A stretch of DNA of 64,000 nucleotides from NCBI GenBank assembly GCA_964291675.2, contig OZ219866.1, positions 2,592,001-2,656,000 of the forward strand. Direction: 5' to 3'. A program made the translations under genes and the position numbers. Positions within the stretch are counted from its first letter, which is position 1. Each line of letters starts with the position of its first letter. Under the pieces are notes generated by a model. It had not been told where the DNA came from. It was given only the letters and a program-made list of their open reading frames with translations, and ran no database searches. Below are positions 38,507 to 47,967 of this stretch, in pieces. Source of the stretch: Alphaproteobacteria bacterium (GTDB lineage: Bacteria > Pseudomonadota > Alphaproteobacteria > MPNO01).

Positions 38507-38662
38507 GGCACTACCGGGTCCTCCCGCCGCTTGACGGCGTCGGAGATGCGCGGATAGTGTTTGCGGGCTTGGTGCGTCGGTCGGCAAGGCTGGAGGATTG
38601 CCGGGGAGTCCGGTACGATCCGCGGATCGGGTCCGGAGCCCCGCGACAGGACGGAGAACCGC

Positions 38663-38833
38663 ATGACTGCTCAGACGCAAAGCCGGGTCTTGGGCTCGAC
38701 GAATCTCGTGGCCATCGCGCTCTGCGCGTTTATCGGTCTGGCGATCGTGACGCTCGCCGGTCACGCGCAGACCTCCGGGTTGCACGCCGCCGCGCACGAT
38801 ACGCGTCACGCCGCCGGCTTTCCCTGCCACTAG
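38663..38833 (+). CDS. cbtB: cobalt transporter subunit CbtB (copy 2)
   Basis: GGAG RBS; one TM plus HAAAHDTRHAAGFPCH. Confidence 0.88.
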   Translation: MTAQTQSRVLGSTNLVAIALCAFIGLAIVTLAGHAQTSGLHAAAHDTRHAAGFPCH

Positions 38834-38836
38834 GCC

Positions 38837-39544
38837 ATGTTCTCGCGCATATTGGTCAGCGGACTGTTCGCTGGCTTCGCGGCGGGGCTGATCGCGGCCC
38901 TGCTCCAGCTTGTCTTCGTGCAGCCCGTGCTGCTCCAGGCCGAGCTCTACGAGACCGGCCGGCTCACCCATTTCGGCGCGGAGCCGGCGGCGGGCGCGAC
39001 GTCGTCGTCGTTCGGCGTCTTCGATCTGCTGCGCGACGGTCTGAGCGTCCTGTTCGCCACCCTCACCTATACCGGCTATGCGTTGATCCTGGTCGCGGCG
39101 ATGGCGCTGGCCCAGGAGCGCGGCATCGGCATCACCGCCCGGCAGGGGCTGGTCTGGGGGCTGGCCGGCTTCTGCTCGGTGCAGCTCGCGCCGGCGGTCG
39201 GACTGCCGCCGGAGCTGCCGGGCTCGGCTGCGGCGGAGCTCGGCCTGCGCCAGGCCTGGTGGTTCGGCACCGTCGCCGCCACCGCCGCGGGTCTCGCCCT
39301 GATCGCCTTCGGCAAGGGGTGGGCCGCCCGGGGCATCGCCGCGGCGCTGATCCTCGCCCCGCATGCGATCGGCGCGCCGCACCCCGAGGCCTTCGCCGGC
39401 CCGGCGCCGCCGGAGCTCGCCGGGCTGTTCGCCGGGCGCGCGCTCGGCGTGGGCTTCGCGGCCTGGGCGCTGCTCGGCCTGTTCGCCGCCTGGTTCTGGA
39501 TCCGCGAAGGCAAGCGGGCGGAGGATAGCCCGCGCACCGCCTGA
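38837..39544 (+). CDS. cbtA: cobalt transporter subunit CbtA
   Basis: QPVLLQAELYE, APAVGLPPELPG, RQAWW, PHAIGAP. Confidence 0.9.
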   Translation: MFSRILVSGLFAGFAAGLIAALLQLVFVQPVLLQAELYETGRLTHFGAEPAAGATSSSFGVFDLLRDGLSVLFATLTYTGYALILVAAMALAQERGIGITARQGLVWGLAGFCSVQLAPAVGLPPELPGSAAAELGLRQAWWFGTVAATAAGLALIAFGKGWAARGIAAALILAPHAIGAPHPEAFAGPAPPELAGLFAGRALGVGFAAWALLGLFAAWFWIREGKRAEDSPRTA

Positions 39545-39640
39545 GCCCGGGCGGTGCAACGCCTCCCGCCATTTTGAATGTCGTTGAACGGACCCCCGCC
39601 AGCGGATAACATCGAAGCACGATCGCCAATGAGGGATCCC

Positions 39641-40249
39641 ATGGCACACGATCACACCCATAACGAGCCTCCATCCGACACGGCGATGCGTGTGAAGGCC
39701 CTGGAGACGCTGCTCACCGAGAAGGGTCTTCTCGATCCGGCCGCCATCGACGCTCTGGTGGAGACCTACGAGACCCGGATCGGCCCGCGCAACGGGGCCA
39801 AGGTCGTCGCCCGGGCGTGGACCGACCCGGACTACAAGCAGAGGCTGCTGGAGGACGGCTCCAAGGCCATCGCCGAGCTCGGCTTCAGCGGCGTGCAGGG
39901 CGAGGACATGGTCGTCGTGGAGAACACCGACGAGGTGCACAACATGGTCGTGTGCACGCTCTGCTCCTGCTATCCGTGGCCGACGCTGGGGCTGCCGCCC
40001 ATCTGGTTCAAGAGCGCGCCCTACCGGGCCCGCGCGGTGATCGATCCGCGCGGCGTGCTGGAGGAGTTCGGCGTCGAGCTGTCCGAGGACATCGAGCTCA
40101 GGGTCTGGGATAGCAACGCGGAGCTCCGCTACCTGGTGCTGCCGCAGCGCCCGGCCGGCACCGAGGGGATGAGCGAGGACGAGCTAGCGGGGCTGGTGAG
40201 CCGCGATTCGATGATCGGCACGGCGCTGGCCGACGCGCCCGCCGGCTGA
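39641..40249 (+). CDS. nthA: cobalt-type nitrile hydratase alpha subunit
   Basis: Co-type metal motif VCTLCSCY; [26 protein letters not shown]. Confidence 0.93.
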   Translation: MAHDHTHNEPPSDTAMRVKALETLLTEKGLLDPAAIDALVETYETRIGPRNGAKVVARAWTDPDYKQRLLEDGSKAIAELGFSGVQGEDMVVVENTDEVHNMVVCTLCSCYPWPTLGLPPIWFKSAPYRARAVIDPRGVLEEFGVELSEDIELRVWDSNAELRYLVLPQRPAGTEGMSEDELAGLVSRDSMIGTALADAPAG

Positions 40250-40272
40250 CCGGCCCCCAGGGGAGCGAAGCG

Positions 40273-40584
40273 ATGAACGGTATACACGACATGGGCGGCA
40301 TGCAGTGCATGGGCCCGATCGAGCGCGAGGAGAACGAGCCGGCGTTCCACGAGGAATGGGAAGGCCGGGTGTTCGGCATGTTCTTCACCAACTTCGCGGA
40401 AGGCCATTTCAACGTCGACATGTTCCGCCACGGCATCGAGCGGATGGGCCCGGCGGAGTATCTGGAGACCTCGTATTACGAGCACTGGCTGCACTCTTTC
40501 GAGACGCTGCTGGTGGAACGCGGCGTGCTGGCCGAGGGCGAGCTGGAAGCGAAGATCGCGAGCCTTCGCGAAGCGGGAGGTTGA
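40273..40584 (+). CDS. nitrile hydratase beta subunit, N-terminal half as separate gene
   Basis: MNGIHDMGG...FHEEWEGR...RHGIERM...SYYEHW; stop TGA at 40582-40584. Confidence 0.88.
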   Translation: MNGIHDMGGMQCMGPIEREENEPAFHEEWEGRVFGMFFTNFAEGHFNVDMFRHGIERMGPAEYLETSYYEHWLHSFETLLVERGVLAEGELEAKIASLREAGG

Positions 40585-40586
40585 CG

Positions 40587-40937
40587 ATGCCAGCTCTCAC
40601 ACCGGACATCGTACCGGGTCTCGTCGCCGGCGGCGCCTCATGCCGGATGGACGCCGACGTAGCCCCCAGGTTCAAGGTGGGGGACCGGGTCACGGCGCGC
40701 GACGTGAACCCGATGTCGCATACCAGGCTGCCGCGCTACATCCGCGGCAGGACCGGAACCGTCGCGCGCGACCACGGCGTGTTCGCCTTCCCGGACACCT
40801 CGGTCAGCGGCGTCCACAGCGACCCGCAGCACGTCTACAGCGTGCGCTTCGAGGCGGACCATCTCTGGGGCGCGCACGCGAACGCGAATTCGAGCCTCTA
40901 TATCGACCTGTTCGACGATTACCTCGACCTTGCATGA
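40587..40937 (+). CDS. nitrile hydratase beta subunit, C-terminal SH3-like half as separate gene
   Basis: Own GGAGG RBS (40576-40580) and ATG; RFKVGDRV...HTRLPRYIRG...FPD...YSVRF...LWG...YL. Confidence 0.88.
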   Translation: MPALTPDIVPGLVAGGASCRMDADVAPRFKVGDRVTARDVNPMSHTRLPRYIRGRTGTVARDHGVFAFPDTSVSGVHSDPQHVYSVRFEADHLWGAHANANSSLYIDLFDDYLDLA

Positions 40938-40949
40938 GCGACGCGGGGC

Positions 40950-41324
40950 ATGAGCGACGCGGGCTCGCCTGACCGATTGCCGGAGCTTCCCTGGGACGCC
41001 GAGGACGGGCCGGTCTTCCGCGAGCCCTGGGAGGCGACCGCCTTCGCCATGGCGGTGCGGCTGTCGGAGGCCGGGAAGTTCACCTGGACCGAATGGGTCG
41101 ACTGCCTCTCGGCGGAGATCGCCGCCGCGAAGCAGCGGGGCGATCCCGATCTCGGGGACCGCTATTACGAGCACTGGCTGGCGGCGCTGGAAAGGCTGGT
41201 GGTCGACAAGGGGCTGGGAACCGAGTCGGAGCTTGCCGCGCTCAAGCACGACTGGACCGAGGCGACCGTCCACACCCCGCACGGCCAGCCGATCGAGCTG
41301 AAGAAGCGCAGCACCGCCGACTGA
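40950..41324 (+). CDS. nitrile hydratase accessory/activator protein (P14K/NhlE-like)
   Basis: GPVFREPWEATAFAM...FTW.EW...YYEHWLAALE...TPHGQPIEL. Confidence 0.88.
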   Translation: MSDAGSPDRLPELPWDAEDGPVFREPWEATAFAMAVRLSEAGKFTWTEWVDCLSAEIAAAKQRGDPDLGDRYYEHWLAALERLVVDKGLGTESELAALKHDWTEATVHTPHGQPIELKKRSTAD

Positions 41325-41328
41325 CCGC

Positions 41329-42843
41329 CTACCGTTGCCGCCAGTCGCCCGCCCCCTCGAAAGCGGCGGCGGCGCGGTAGATCGTCGCCTCGCGCCACTT
41401 GCCCGCGACCAGCATCATGCCGACCGGCAGCCCGTCGCTCATGGCGCACGGAATCGACATGGCGGGGTGCCCGGTCACGTCGAACGGCGACGTGTTGGCC
41501 AGCATCTCGAAGGCGCGCTGGCAATAGAGGGCGAGCGGCGCATCGTCGGGCGGCAGCGGGGTCGCCTTCATCGGCAGGGTCGGCATGAGCAGCAGATCGC
41601 AGCTCTCGAACGCCGCGTCGTAGTCGGCCCGGAGCATGCGGGCGAGGTTCTGCGCCTTGGCGTAGTAGTGCCCGCCGAAATGCTTGAGGTAGTACTGGCC
41701 GATCAGCATGCAGATCTTGAGCGTGTCCGAGAGCTCGTCCGCGCCCTGCCGCCAGCCCGCGTGGTAGTCGAGCAGCGACGTGGTGTACATCCCCTTCCAG
41801 CCGGTCCCCATGCCGTTGCCGAGCATCATCTGGTTGGTCAGCCCCTCGACCGCGATCGGCGTCCAGATGGCGGGGCCGTCGAGATGGGACGGGACGGTGA
41901 TTTCTTCGACCGAGGCGCCGAGGCCCTCGAAGACCGCGCAAGCGGCGCGCACCGCGGCGTCCACGTCGGGCTCCGAGTTCGCATGTCCGAACCCCTCGCT
42001 CACGACGCCGATCCGCAAGCCTTCCGCGCCCTCGCCGATCGCGGCCACGTAGTCGTCGACCTGCGGGTCGTATTGTCGCGGGTCGAGGCCGTCGGCGCCG
42101 GCGATCGCCTGCAGCATGGCGGCGTTGTCGCGCACGTTCGCCGTCATCGGCCCGGTGTGGTCGATGGTGGTCTCGATCGGCATCACCCCGGTATAGGGCA
42201 CCAGGCCGTGGGTCGGCTTGAGGCCGTAGCAGCCGCTATAGGAGGACGGGATCCTGATCGAGCCGCCCTGGTCGCCGCCGATCGCCATGTCGACCTCGCC
42301 GCCCGCCACCAGGGCCGCCGAGCCCGACGAGGAGCCGCCGGCGGAGTAGCCGGGCTTGTGCGGGTTCTCCACCTGGCCGTGGGCGCTGGTATGGCTGCCG
42401 CCGGACAGGCAGAAATACTCGCAATGCGCCTTGCCGACGATGGTCGCGCCGGCGTCGAGCAGGCGGGTGGCGATGGTCGCGTCGACATCGGGGGTGTAGC
42501 CCTGGAGCGTGGAGGCGCCGTTCATCATCGGCACGCCGGCGAGGCAGACATTGTCCTTGAGGGCGACCGTGCGGCCCGCCAGCGGCCCGTCCGCCGCGCC
42601 GCGGATCTCGGTCCGCACATGCCAGGCGTTGTAGGGGTTGTCGCCGGCCGCCGGGTGGCTGAACCCGCCGCGCGGATACTTCACCGGCGGCAGGTTGTCG
42701 GGCATCGCGTCGACCGCGTCATAGGCATCAAGCGTGCCCTGCATCACGTCGAGGAAGTCCTGGATGCGGTCGTCGCTCATGGTCATGCTCAGCTCCGCGA
42801 CGACTTCCTTGAGCTGGGCGTGTGTCGGCCTCTGCGCTGTCAT
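41329..42843 (-). CDS. amidase (amidase signature family)
   Basis: [22 protein letters not shown]; GGAGG RBS; convergent on the NHase operon. Confidence 0.92.
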   Translation of the reverse strand: MTAQRPTHAQLKEVVAELSMTMSDDRIQDFLDVMQGTLDAYDAVDAMPDNLPPVKYPRGGFSHPAAGDNPYNAWHVRTEIRGAADGPLAGRTVALKDNVCLAGVPMMNGASTLQGYTPDVDATIATRLLDAGATIVGKAHCEYFCLSGGSHTSAHGQVENPHKPGYSAGGSSSGSAALVAGGEVDMAIGGDQGGSIRIPSSYSGCYGLKPTHGLVPYTGVMPIETTIDHTGPMTANVRDNAAMLQAIAGADGLDPRQYDPQVDDYVAAIGEGAEGLRIGVVSEGFGHANSEPDVDAAVRAACAVFEGLGASVEEITVPSHLDGPAIWTPIAVEGLTNQMMLGNGMGTGWKGMYTTSLLDYHAGWRQGADELSDTLKICMLIGQYYLKHFGGHYYAKAQNLARMLRADYDAAFESCDLLLMPTLPMKATPLPPDDAPLALYCQRAFEMLANTSPFDVTGHPAMSIPCAMSDGLPVGMMLVAGKWREATIYRAAAAFEGAGDWRQR

Positions 42844-42965
42844 GTCGGCAACCCTCCCTGCGAGACTGGCGCCGCCTATCCGGCCAGATTTTCGGACCGA
42901 AGGCAAATCGCCATGCGCCGGGCCGGCGCGCGACCGGCGCCGACGATCCGCGGCCGCTCGGGCGC

Positions 42966-44231
42966 TCAGAAGAAGACGAAGGCGCGGACCACGACGTTCT
43001 TGCGGCAGGGCGCGTCGGCGGGCGCGGTCGGGTCGATGCAGGCGGTGTGGAAGGACCAGCGCGAGACCGAGCCGTCGGCGACGGAGTCGTAGCATTTGAG
43101 CATCGAGACCTCGGTGGAGGTCTGCTGCGGAAGCCAGTACCACTCGTGATCGGGCCGGTAGGTGAAGCGCGTGGTCTCGCCGACGCGGTCGTCGTAGATG
43201 CGGTAGTTGGTGATATAGGGCTGATCGGCGAAAGAGGGCCAGGCGCAGAGCACGAAGGGGTACTGGCCCACGGTCTCCATCGGCTTGGCGAGATTGATCG
43301 ACATGAAGCGCCGCGACATCTTGGCGTCGGCCTCCGCCTCGGTGTAGCGCTGCTCGCGCCCGAAATTGCGCAGATTCCTGGTCAGCAGCTCGCGGCAGCG
43401 CACCCGGCCGCTGTTGTCGTTGAGGTCGTTGTGCACGAGGTTGACGTAGCTGGCGTTCACCCCCGGGTTCCTGGCCTCCTGGTCTTCCGTGCGGTCGCCC
43501 CGATAGTCCTTGTCGAATATGTCGTGGTTGTAGACCAGCGCATCGGTCGCATTCGGGAAGAAGCCCAGCAGGAGCGCCTCGATCTCCGGGTAGAACACGC
43601 GTTCCACCTCCGCCGAGTCGTAGAAGTTCCCGCACTCGGATTCGAGATGCGCCAGCGAGACGCCGAGCCTGTCCATGCATTCGGGGCTCTCGACCGAGAG
43701 GCTGGGGTAGTACTCGCCGATGCGGCGCGCGTCGCGCATCACCTGCGGGAAGTAGAGGGCGCGGCGGGCGTTGTTCTCTTCCGCCTTGCGCAGCAGCTTC
43801 GCCTCTGCCGCGCGCGCCGGGTCCCGCCACAGCGCGTTGGACGTGACGACGGAGTAGGACGGCTGCTCGTGCGCGGTGTATCGCAGCGGCAGCGCGAGCC
43901 CGCCTTCGGGGGCCTCGATGCCGTTCGCCCGGATATATTCCAGGCACTCCTCGTAGTCGCGGAATCCGGGGCCCCACTCTGTCTCGATGGGGCCGGGCGG
44001 CGCGCTCTCGATCCGGTCGATGAACGCCTGCACGCGCCCTTCGGCGACCTGGTCGAGCGCCGCCTGGATCGCCGCTTGCGTCCCCGCATCGCCGTCCCGG
44101 TCGAACGACATGTAGGACAGGCCGCCATTCGCCGCGACCGGCGGCGGCTGTCCTTCGGTCAGTTGAAGCGACGGCACATAGACCGATGCATCCGGCGCGG
44201 CGCGGTTTCCGATCGTTTCGTGCCCGTCCAT
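42966..44231 (-). CDS. CmcJ/NvfI-like oxidoreductase with long N-terminal extension
   Basis: [35 protein letters not shown]...[12 protein letters not shown]. Confidence 0.65.
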   Translation of the reverse strand: MDGHETIGNRAAPDASVYVPSLQLTEGQPPPVAANGGLSYMSFDRDGDAGTQAAIQAALDQVAEGRVQAFIDRIESAPPGPIETEWGPGFRDYEECLEYIRANGIEAPEGGLALPLRYTAHEQPSYSVVTSNALWRDPARAAEAKLLRKAEENNARRALYFPQVMRDARRIGEYYPSLSVESPECMDRLGVSLAHLESECGNFYDSAEVERVFYPEIEALLLGFFPNATDALVYNHDIFDKDYRGDRTEDQEARNPGVNASYVNLVHNDLNDNSGRVRCRELLTRNLRNFGREQRYTEAEADAKMSRRFMSINLAKPMETVGQYPFVLCAWPSFADQPYITNYRIYDDRVGETTRFTYRPDHEWYWLPQQTSTEVSMLKCYDSVADGSVSRWSFHTACIDPTAPADAPCRKNVVVRAFVFF

Positions 44232-44417
44232 GACATGCCCTCCGGCTAGAGACGTTTCGTCGCGGCACGCAGGGATGCGCAGGTTCCAGGACGCGAGCCC
44301 GACCGTGACGATTTTAGCGAACCGGTGCGCCCGGTGCCAAATGCGGCGTTGCGCCGGCACCGCGCTCGTCACGCTACAATCGCGCCACATACGGGCAAGC
44401 CGGAAAGGAGTGCGGCG

Positions 44418-44648
44418 ATGACGATCCCGCCCCCGGTGGAAATCCTCGGCATCGTCGCCATCGCGACGATGGTCGTCTGCTACGCTCTGGAGAGACGCGG
44501 CACGGTCTTCATCGCGGCCTTCGCGGCCGGCTGCGCCCTCGCGGCCGTGTACGCCTACCTGATCGGCTCCTATCCCTTCCTGGTCGCCGAAGGAATCTGG
44601 GCGGTGGTGGCGGCGCGCCGCTGGCAGGTCGCGCGGCGCCTCGCCTGA
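44418..44648 (+). CDS. small membrane protein
   Basis: AGGAG RBS; three hydrophobic segments, YALE, YPFLVAEGIW. Confidence 0.7.
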   Translation: MTIPPPVEILGIVAIATMVVCYALERRGTVFIAAFAAGCALAAVYAYLIGSYPFLVAEGIWAVVAARRWQVARRLA

Positions 44649-44798
44649 CGCCGGCCCGGGGCTGCGTCCCGCATTTCGATCTCCTAACAGGTTCCGGGCG
44701 GTCCGTTCGCGCACCGGCTGCCTCGCAGCCTCGCTGAACTTGGTGAGGGGCTCGGTCCGGATCGATGGAGCATGAACGGGGTATGGGACACCAGTCTT

Positions 44799-44882
44799 GT
44801 AACCGGTAATAATTTGGCACATATAACCGGAAACGCGCTGAATTGTGTTACCGGTAATAGTCATGGTAACGTGTCCGGTAAC
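44799..44882. promoter_or_regulatory. array of four 12-bp palindromic boxes (consensus GTTACCGGTAAY) at 24-bp spacing
   Basis: GTAACCGGTAAT 44799, ATAACCGGAAAC 44823, GTTACCGGTAAT 44847, GTGTCCGGTAAC 44871. Confidence 0.7.
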
Positions 44883-44901
44883 ATGCATCGAGGACACCCC
44901 G

Positions 44902-45252
44902 ATGGCATCTGCGAATGCGGCCGCGAATGAACGGGTATATCGGTCCCGCGAACGTCGTCGACGGGCTGGCTTGAAACGCGTCGAAGTCTTCGTTCCTGCC
45001 AACCAGGTCGACAAGTTGAAGGCCTACGCCGCCCAGCTGCGCGAAGGCTCGGAATCGGAGGCGGTCAAGGAAGCGCGGATGCTGATCGCGAAGGCGTACA
45101 GGAAGTACCGCGCAAAATGCCTCGACAACATCGACGTCGATCCCGAGAAGGCCGGGCTGGCCGATGCCGCGGTGGTCGCCGCCGCGCTCATGCATCGGGG
45201 AAACTCGGAAGCCTATAACCTCGGGCGAATGCTCATGAGGTTGACAAGGTAA
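44902..45252 (+). CDS. putative antitoxin/DNA-binding protein
   Basis: RVYRSRERRRRAGLKRVEVFVP (RHH/MazE-like N-terminus); TAATG coupling to the downstream gene. Confidence 0.6.
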   Translation: MASANAAANERVYRSRERRRRAGLKRVEVFVPANQVDKLKAYAAQLREGSESEAVKEARMLIAKAYRKYRAKCLDNIDVDPEKAGLADAAVVAAALMHRGNSEAYNLGRMLMRLTR

Positions 45253-46061
45253 TGCCCCTCACCGCGATCCAGCAGTCCGCTGCCGAAATCCTTCGCCCTC
45301 ACCGCTCGGAGTACAACTACGTTGCCGGCGGTGCAGCCTTGAACCGTGAATGGCCGAGACTGTCGGACGACATGGATATCTTCCTGGATGACAGGGGCCG
45401 TCTCGCTCACGCTGTCGAGCCTGAGCTCGAGACGCTGCGGAACGCGGGCTACGCCGTCGAACTCACAACCGACAACGACCTTGTCGTCGAGACCATCCTC
45501 AGAAAGGGCGGAGAGGAGACGCGGGTCCAGTGGTTCGATGACGAAGACGCATGTCGGCGTTTCTTCCCGGCCCAGGACGATCCCGAGTTTGGATTTCGAC
45601 TGCACGATGCAGACCTGGCGGTGAACAAGGTTCTCTGCGCGGCGCGCCGGAATTCGGCGGCGCGGGACGCGGTCGATCTCGTCAACATCGTCCAGCGCTA
45701 CGCACCGCTCGGCCCGCTGGCGTGGGCGGTGAGCGGCAAGGCACCGGACATGGCGCCCCCGTCCACTTTGCGCGCCATCCGTGCCAATGCATTTGGATAC
45801 GCCGAGGAAGAGGTCGAGACCGTGCGCATGGAGGACGGCTCCAGGATAGAATGGCAGCACATGCGTCGGGTCCTTGACCGGGCATTGGAGGTTGCCTCGG
45901 ACTACTGCGCGCGCATCGCCCCCGTGGAACATCCCGGCTGCCTGTTCGTCGACGCAGATGAGCGGCCTGTCGAGGCCGATGACGCCACGATCGCCAATGG
46001 AACGGCTATCGCAATGACCATCCGGGTTTTCGCCGGTATTCCGGTGCTTGGAGGTAACTGA
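45252..46061 (+). CDS. nucleotidyltransferase, AbiEii/MenT-like putative toxin
   Basis: YVAGGAALN, RLSDDMDIF, DLAVNKV, ARDAVDL. Confidence 0.75.
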   Translation: MPLTAIQQSAAEILRPHRSEYNYVAGGAALNREWPRLSDDMDIFLDDRGRLAHAVEPELETLRNAGYAVELTTDNDLVVETILRKGGEETRVQWFDDEDACRRFFPAQDDPEFGFRLHDADLAVNKVLCAARRNSAARDAVDLVNIVQRYAPLGPLAWAVSGKAPDMAPPSTLRAIRANAFGYAEEEVETVRMEDGSRIEWQHMRRVLDRALEVASDYCARIAPVEHPGCLFVDADERPVEADDATIANGTAIAMTIRVFAGIPVLGGN

Positions 46062-46329
46062 CGGTCAGATGTCGCAGTTTCGTCTGCAATTGACGGGAGT
46101 GGATCTTCAATCGCGGAGCTTTCGTCAACGCGTCGGCCGATGCTTGACCGGCGTCTCCGAGAGCCTGGTCTCCCCGGCTGTGTAGCGAGATCGACGAAGG
46201 CATCCGCGTCGTCGCGACATGCCCCGGCGACAGGTCGCAATCCGAGGCCCGACGCCGGTCGCGCTCGCCGGTGGACGGCGGCGGGGCGGGCAAGTAGGAA
46301 CGTGCGGGACGCTGCCAGGGGAGGGCCGC

Positions 46330-46695
46330 ATGAAATATGTCCGCATGTACACCGACGACGCCGGGGAGACGCATTTCGAAGATGTCGAGGTGGCGACCGC
46401 GCCGCAGGAATTCGCGCCGCCGACCGAGCCGGTCCACGTATCCGACCCGGCGCCCGCGGCGCGCATCCTGTTCGTCCGCATACCGCGCGGCTGGTTCGGC
46501 GACTGGCACGCCACGCCCAAGCGGCAGTTCAACACCACCATCGAGGGCGAGCTCGAGATCACGATGAGCGACGGCGAGAGCCGGATATTCGGTGCCGGCG
46601 CGGTGCGGCTGATGGAAGACACGACCGGCAAGGGCCACCGGACGCGGGTGGTCGGCGATGCCGACGTGGTCAGCCTGATCGCCCAGACCGAGTGA
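46330..46695 (+). CDS. cupin-like protein
   Basis: GETHFED, DWHATP.RQF...GELEI..SDGE...EDTTGKGH. Confidence 0.75.
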   Translation: MKYVRMYTDDAGETHFEDVEVATAPQEFAPPTEPVHVSDPAPAARILFVRIPRGWFGDWHATPKRQFNTTIEGELEITMSDGESRIFGAGAVRLMEDTTGKGHRTRVVGDADVVSLIAQTE

Positions 46696-46750
46696 GCCCG
46701 GAGGTTGCCGGCGACCGCGCGCGAGGGACGACGGCGGGGGAGGCGTCGCG

Positions 46751-47860
46751 ATGCATGAGATCCGTATCGACCGGAGCAAGCCGCTTTCCGCGGAGCCGCA
46801 TGTCGGGCACAACCGCTACCACCCCGACATCGAGCCGGTGCTGGAAGTCGGCGAGGGCGAAGAGGTGGTCATCGAGACCCGCGACGCGGTCGACGGCCAG
46901 ATTACGCCGGAGACCACCGAAGCGGATTTCGCCGGCTTCGAGGTCGGCGCGGTTCACCCGCTGACCGGTCCGGTCGCGGTCAAGGGCGCCGAGCCGGGCG
47001 ATGCGCTCGAAATCGAATTTTTGGACATCGTGCCGCAGGCGACCGCGTTCAGCGCGATCCTGCCGGGGCTCGGTTTCCTGCGCGACATCATGACCGAGCG
47101 GTTTCTCGTCCACTGGACGCTCAGCGACGGCTGGGCGACCTCGCCGCAGATTCCCGGCGTCCGGATTCCGGGCGCGCCCTTCATGGGGATCTCGGGCGTC
47201 GCGCCGTCGGCCGACAAGCTGAGGGAATGGACCGAGCGCGAGCAGCGGCTGGCCGACCGGGGCGGCGCCGTCGCGCCGCCGCGCCTGCAGGGCGCGGTGC
47301 CGGGGGGCGCTTGCGGGCTTCAGGGCCTGCGCACCCAGCCGCCGCGCGAGAACGGCGGCAATTTCGACGTGAAGCAGCTCACCAAAGGCGCGAAGCTGGT
47401 TCTGCCGGTGTTTGTCCCGGGGGCGTTGTTCTCCACCGGCGACGGGCATTTCGCCCAGGGAGACGGCGAGGTCTCGGTGACCGCCGTCGAGATGGGCGCG
47501 ACGGTGGCGGTCCGCTTCAGGCTGTACAAGGGGCTCGCGGCATCGCGCCGGTTCACCGCGCCGGTGTTCAGCCACGACCGCTATTTCGCCGATCCCGAGA
47601 TCGCGGTGCCGCGGCGCTTTCTCGGCGTCATGGGCATGCCGATCGCCGACGATGGCGAGAACGACGGCGAGAACCTGACGCTCGCCTGCCGCAACGCGGT
47701 GCTCAACATGATGGAGCTTCTCCAGGAGCGCGGCTTCAGCCGCGAGCAGGCCTATGTGATCTGCAGCGTCGCCGTCGACCTCAGGGTCTCCAACGTGGTG
47801 GACGTGCCGAACTACGTGGTCTCGGCGCTGCTCCCGGAGACCATCTTCGACGGCGATTGA
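46751..47860 (+). CDS. acetamidase/formamidase family protein
   Basis: HNR.HPDI, HPLTGPV, PPRENGGNFD, GDGHFAQGDGE, VVDVPN. Confidence 0.9.
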   Translation: MHEIRIDRSKPLSAEPHVGHNRYHPDIEPVLEVGEGEEVVIETRDAVDGQITPETTEADFAGFEVGAVHPLTGPVAVKGAEPGDALEIEFLDIVPQATAFSAILPGLGFLRDIMTERFLVHWTLSDGWATSPQIPGVRIPGAPFMGISGVAPSADKLREWTEREQRLADRGGAVAPPRLQGAVPGGACGLQGLRTQPPRENGGNFDVKQLTKGAKLVLPVFVPGALFSTGDGHFAQGDGEVSVTAVEMGATVAVRFRLYKGLAASRRFTAPVFSHDRYFADPEIAVPRRFLGVMGMPIADDGENDGENLTLACRNAVLNMMELLQERGFSREQAYVICSVAVDLRVSNVVDVPNYVVSALLPETIFDGD

Positions 47861-47967
47861 GCCCCCGCCGAACCGGCCGCCGGCCATCCGGCTTGGCGGA
47901 GAAACCGTCCGTGCACTAACATTCGACCCGGACCGGCCCGTCCATCGCACAACATGGGGAGCGGGAG

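Larger units (their letters stand above)
34922..38515 (+). mobile_element. IS1-family element with passenger genes (3594 bp including nested IS630)
   Basis: TIRs GGTAGTGCGTCAGTTTGAAAT (34922-34942) and revcomp GGTAGTGCCTCAGTCTGAATT (38495-38515), 18/21 match; 8-bp direct repeat GGGTCCTC at 34914-34921 and 38516-38523. Confidence 0.92.

Noticed and set aside
38540-38660. Cobalamin riboswitch upstream of cbtB
   Set aside because: Only a vague GGGAGTCCGGT similarity; B12-box and GCCACTG elements not seen; needs an Rfam scan
44799-44882. Mini-CRISPR or iteron array
   Set aside because: The 12-bp units with 12-bp gaps are too short for CRISPR, and there is no replication initiator nearby
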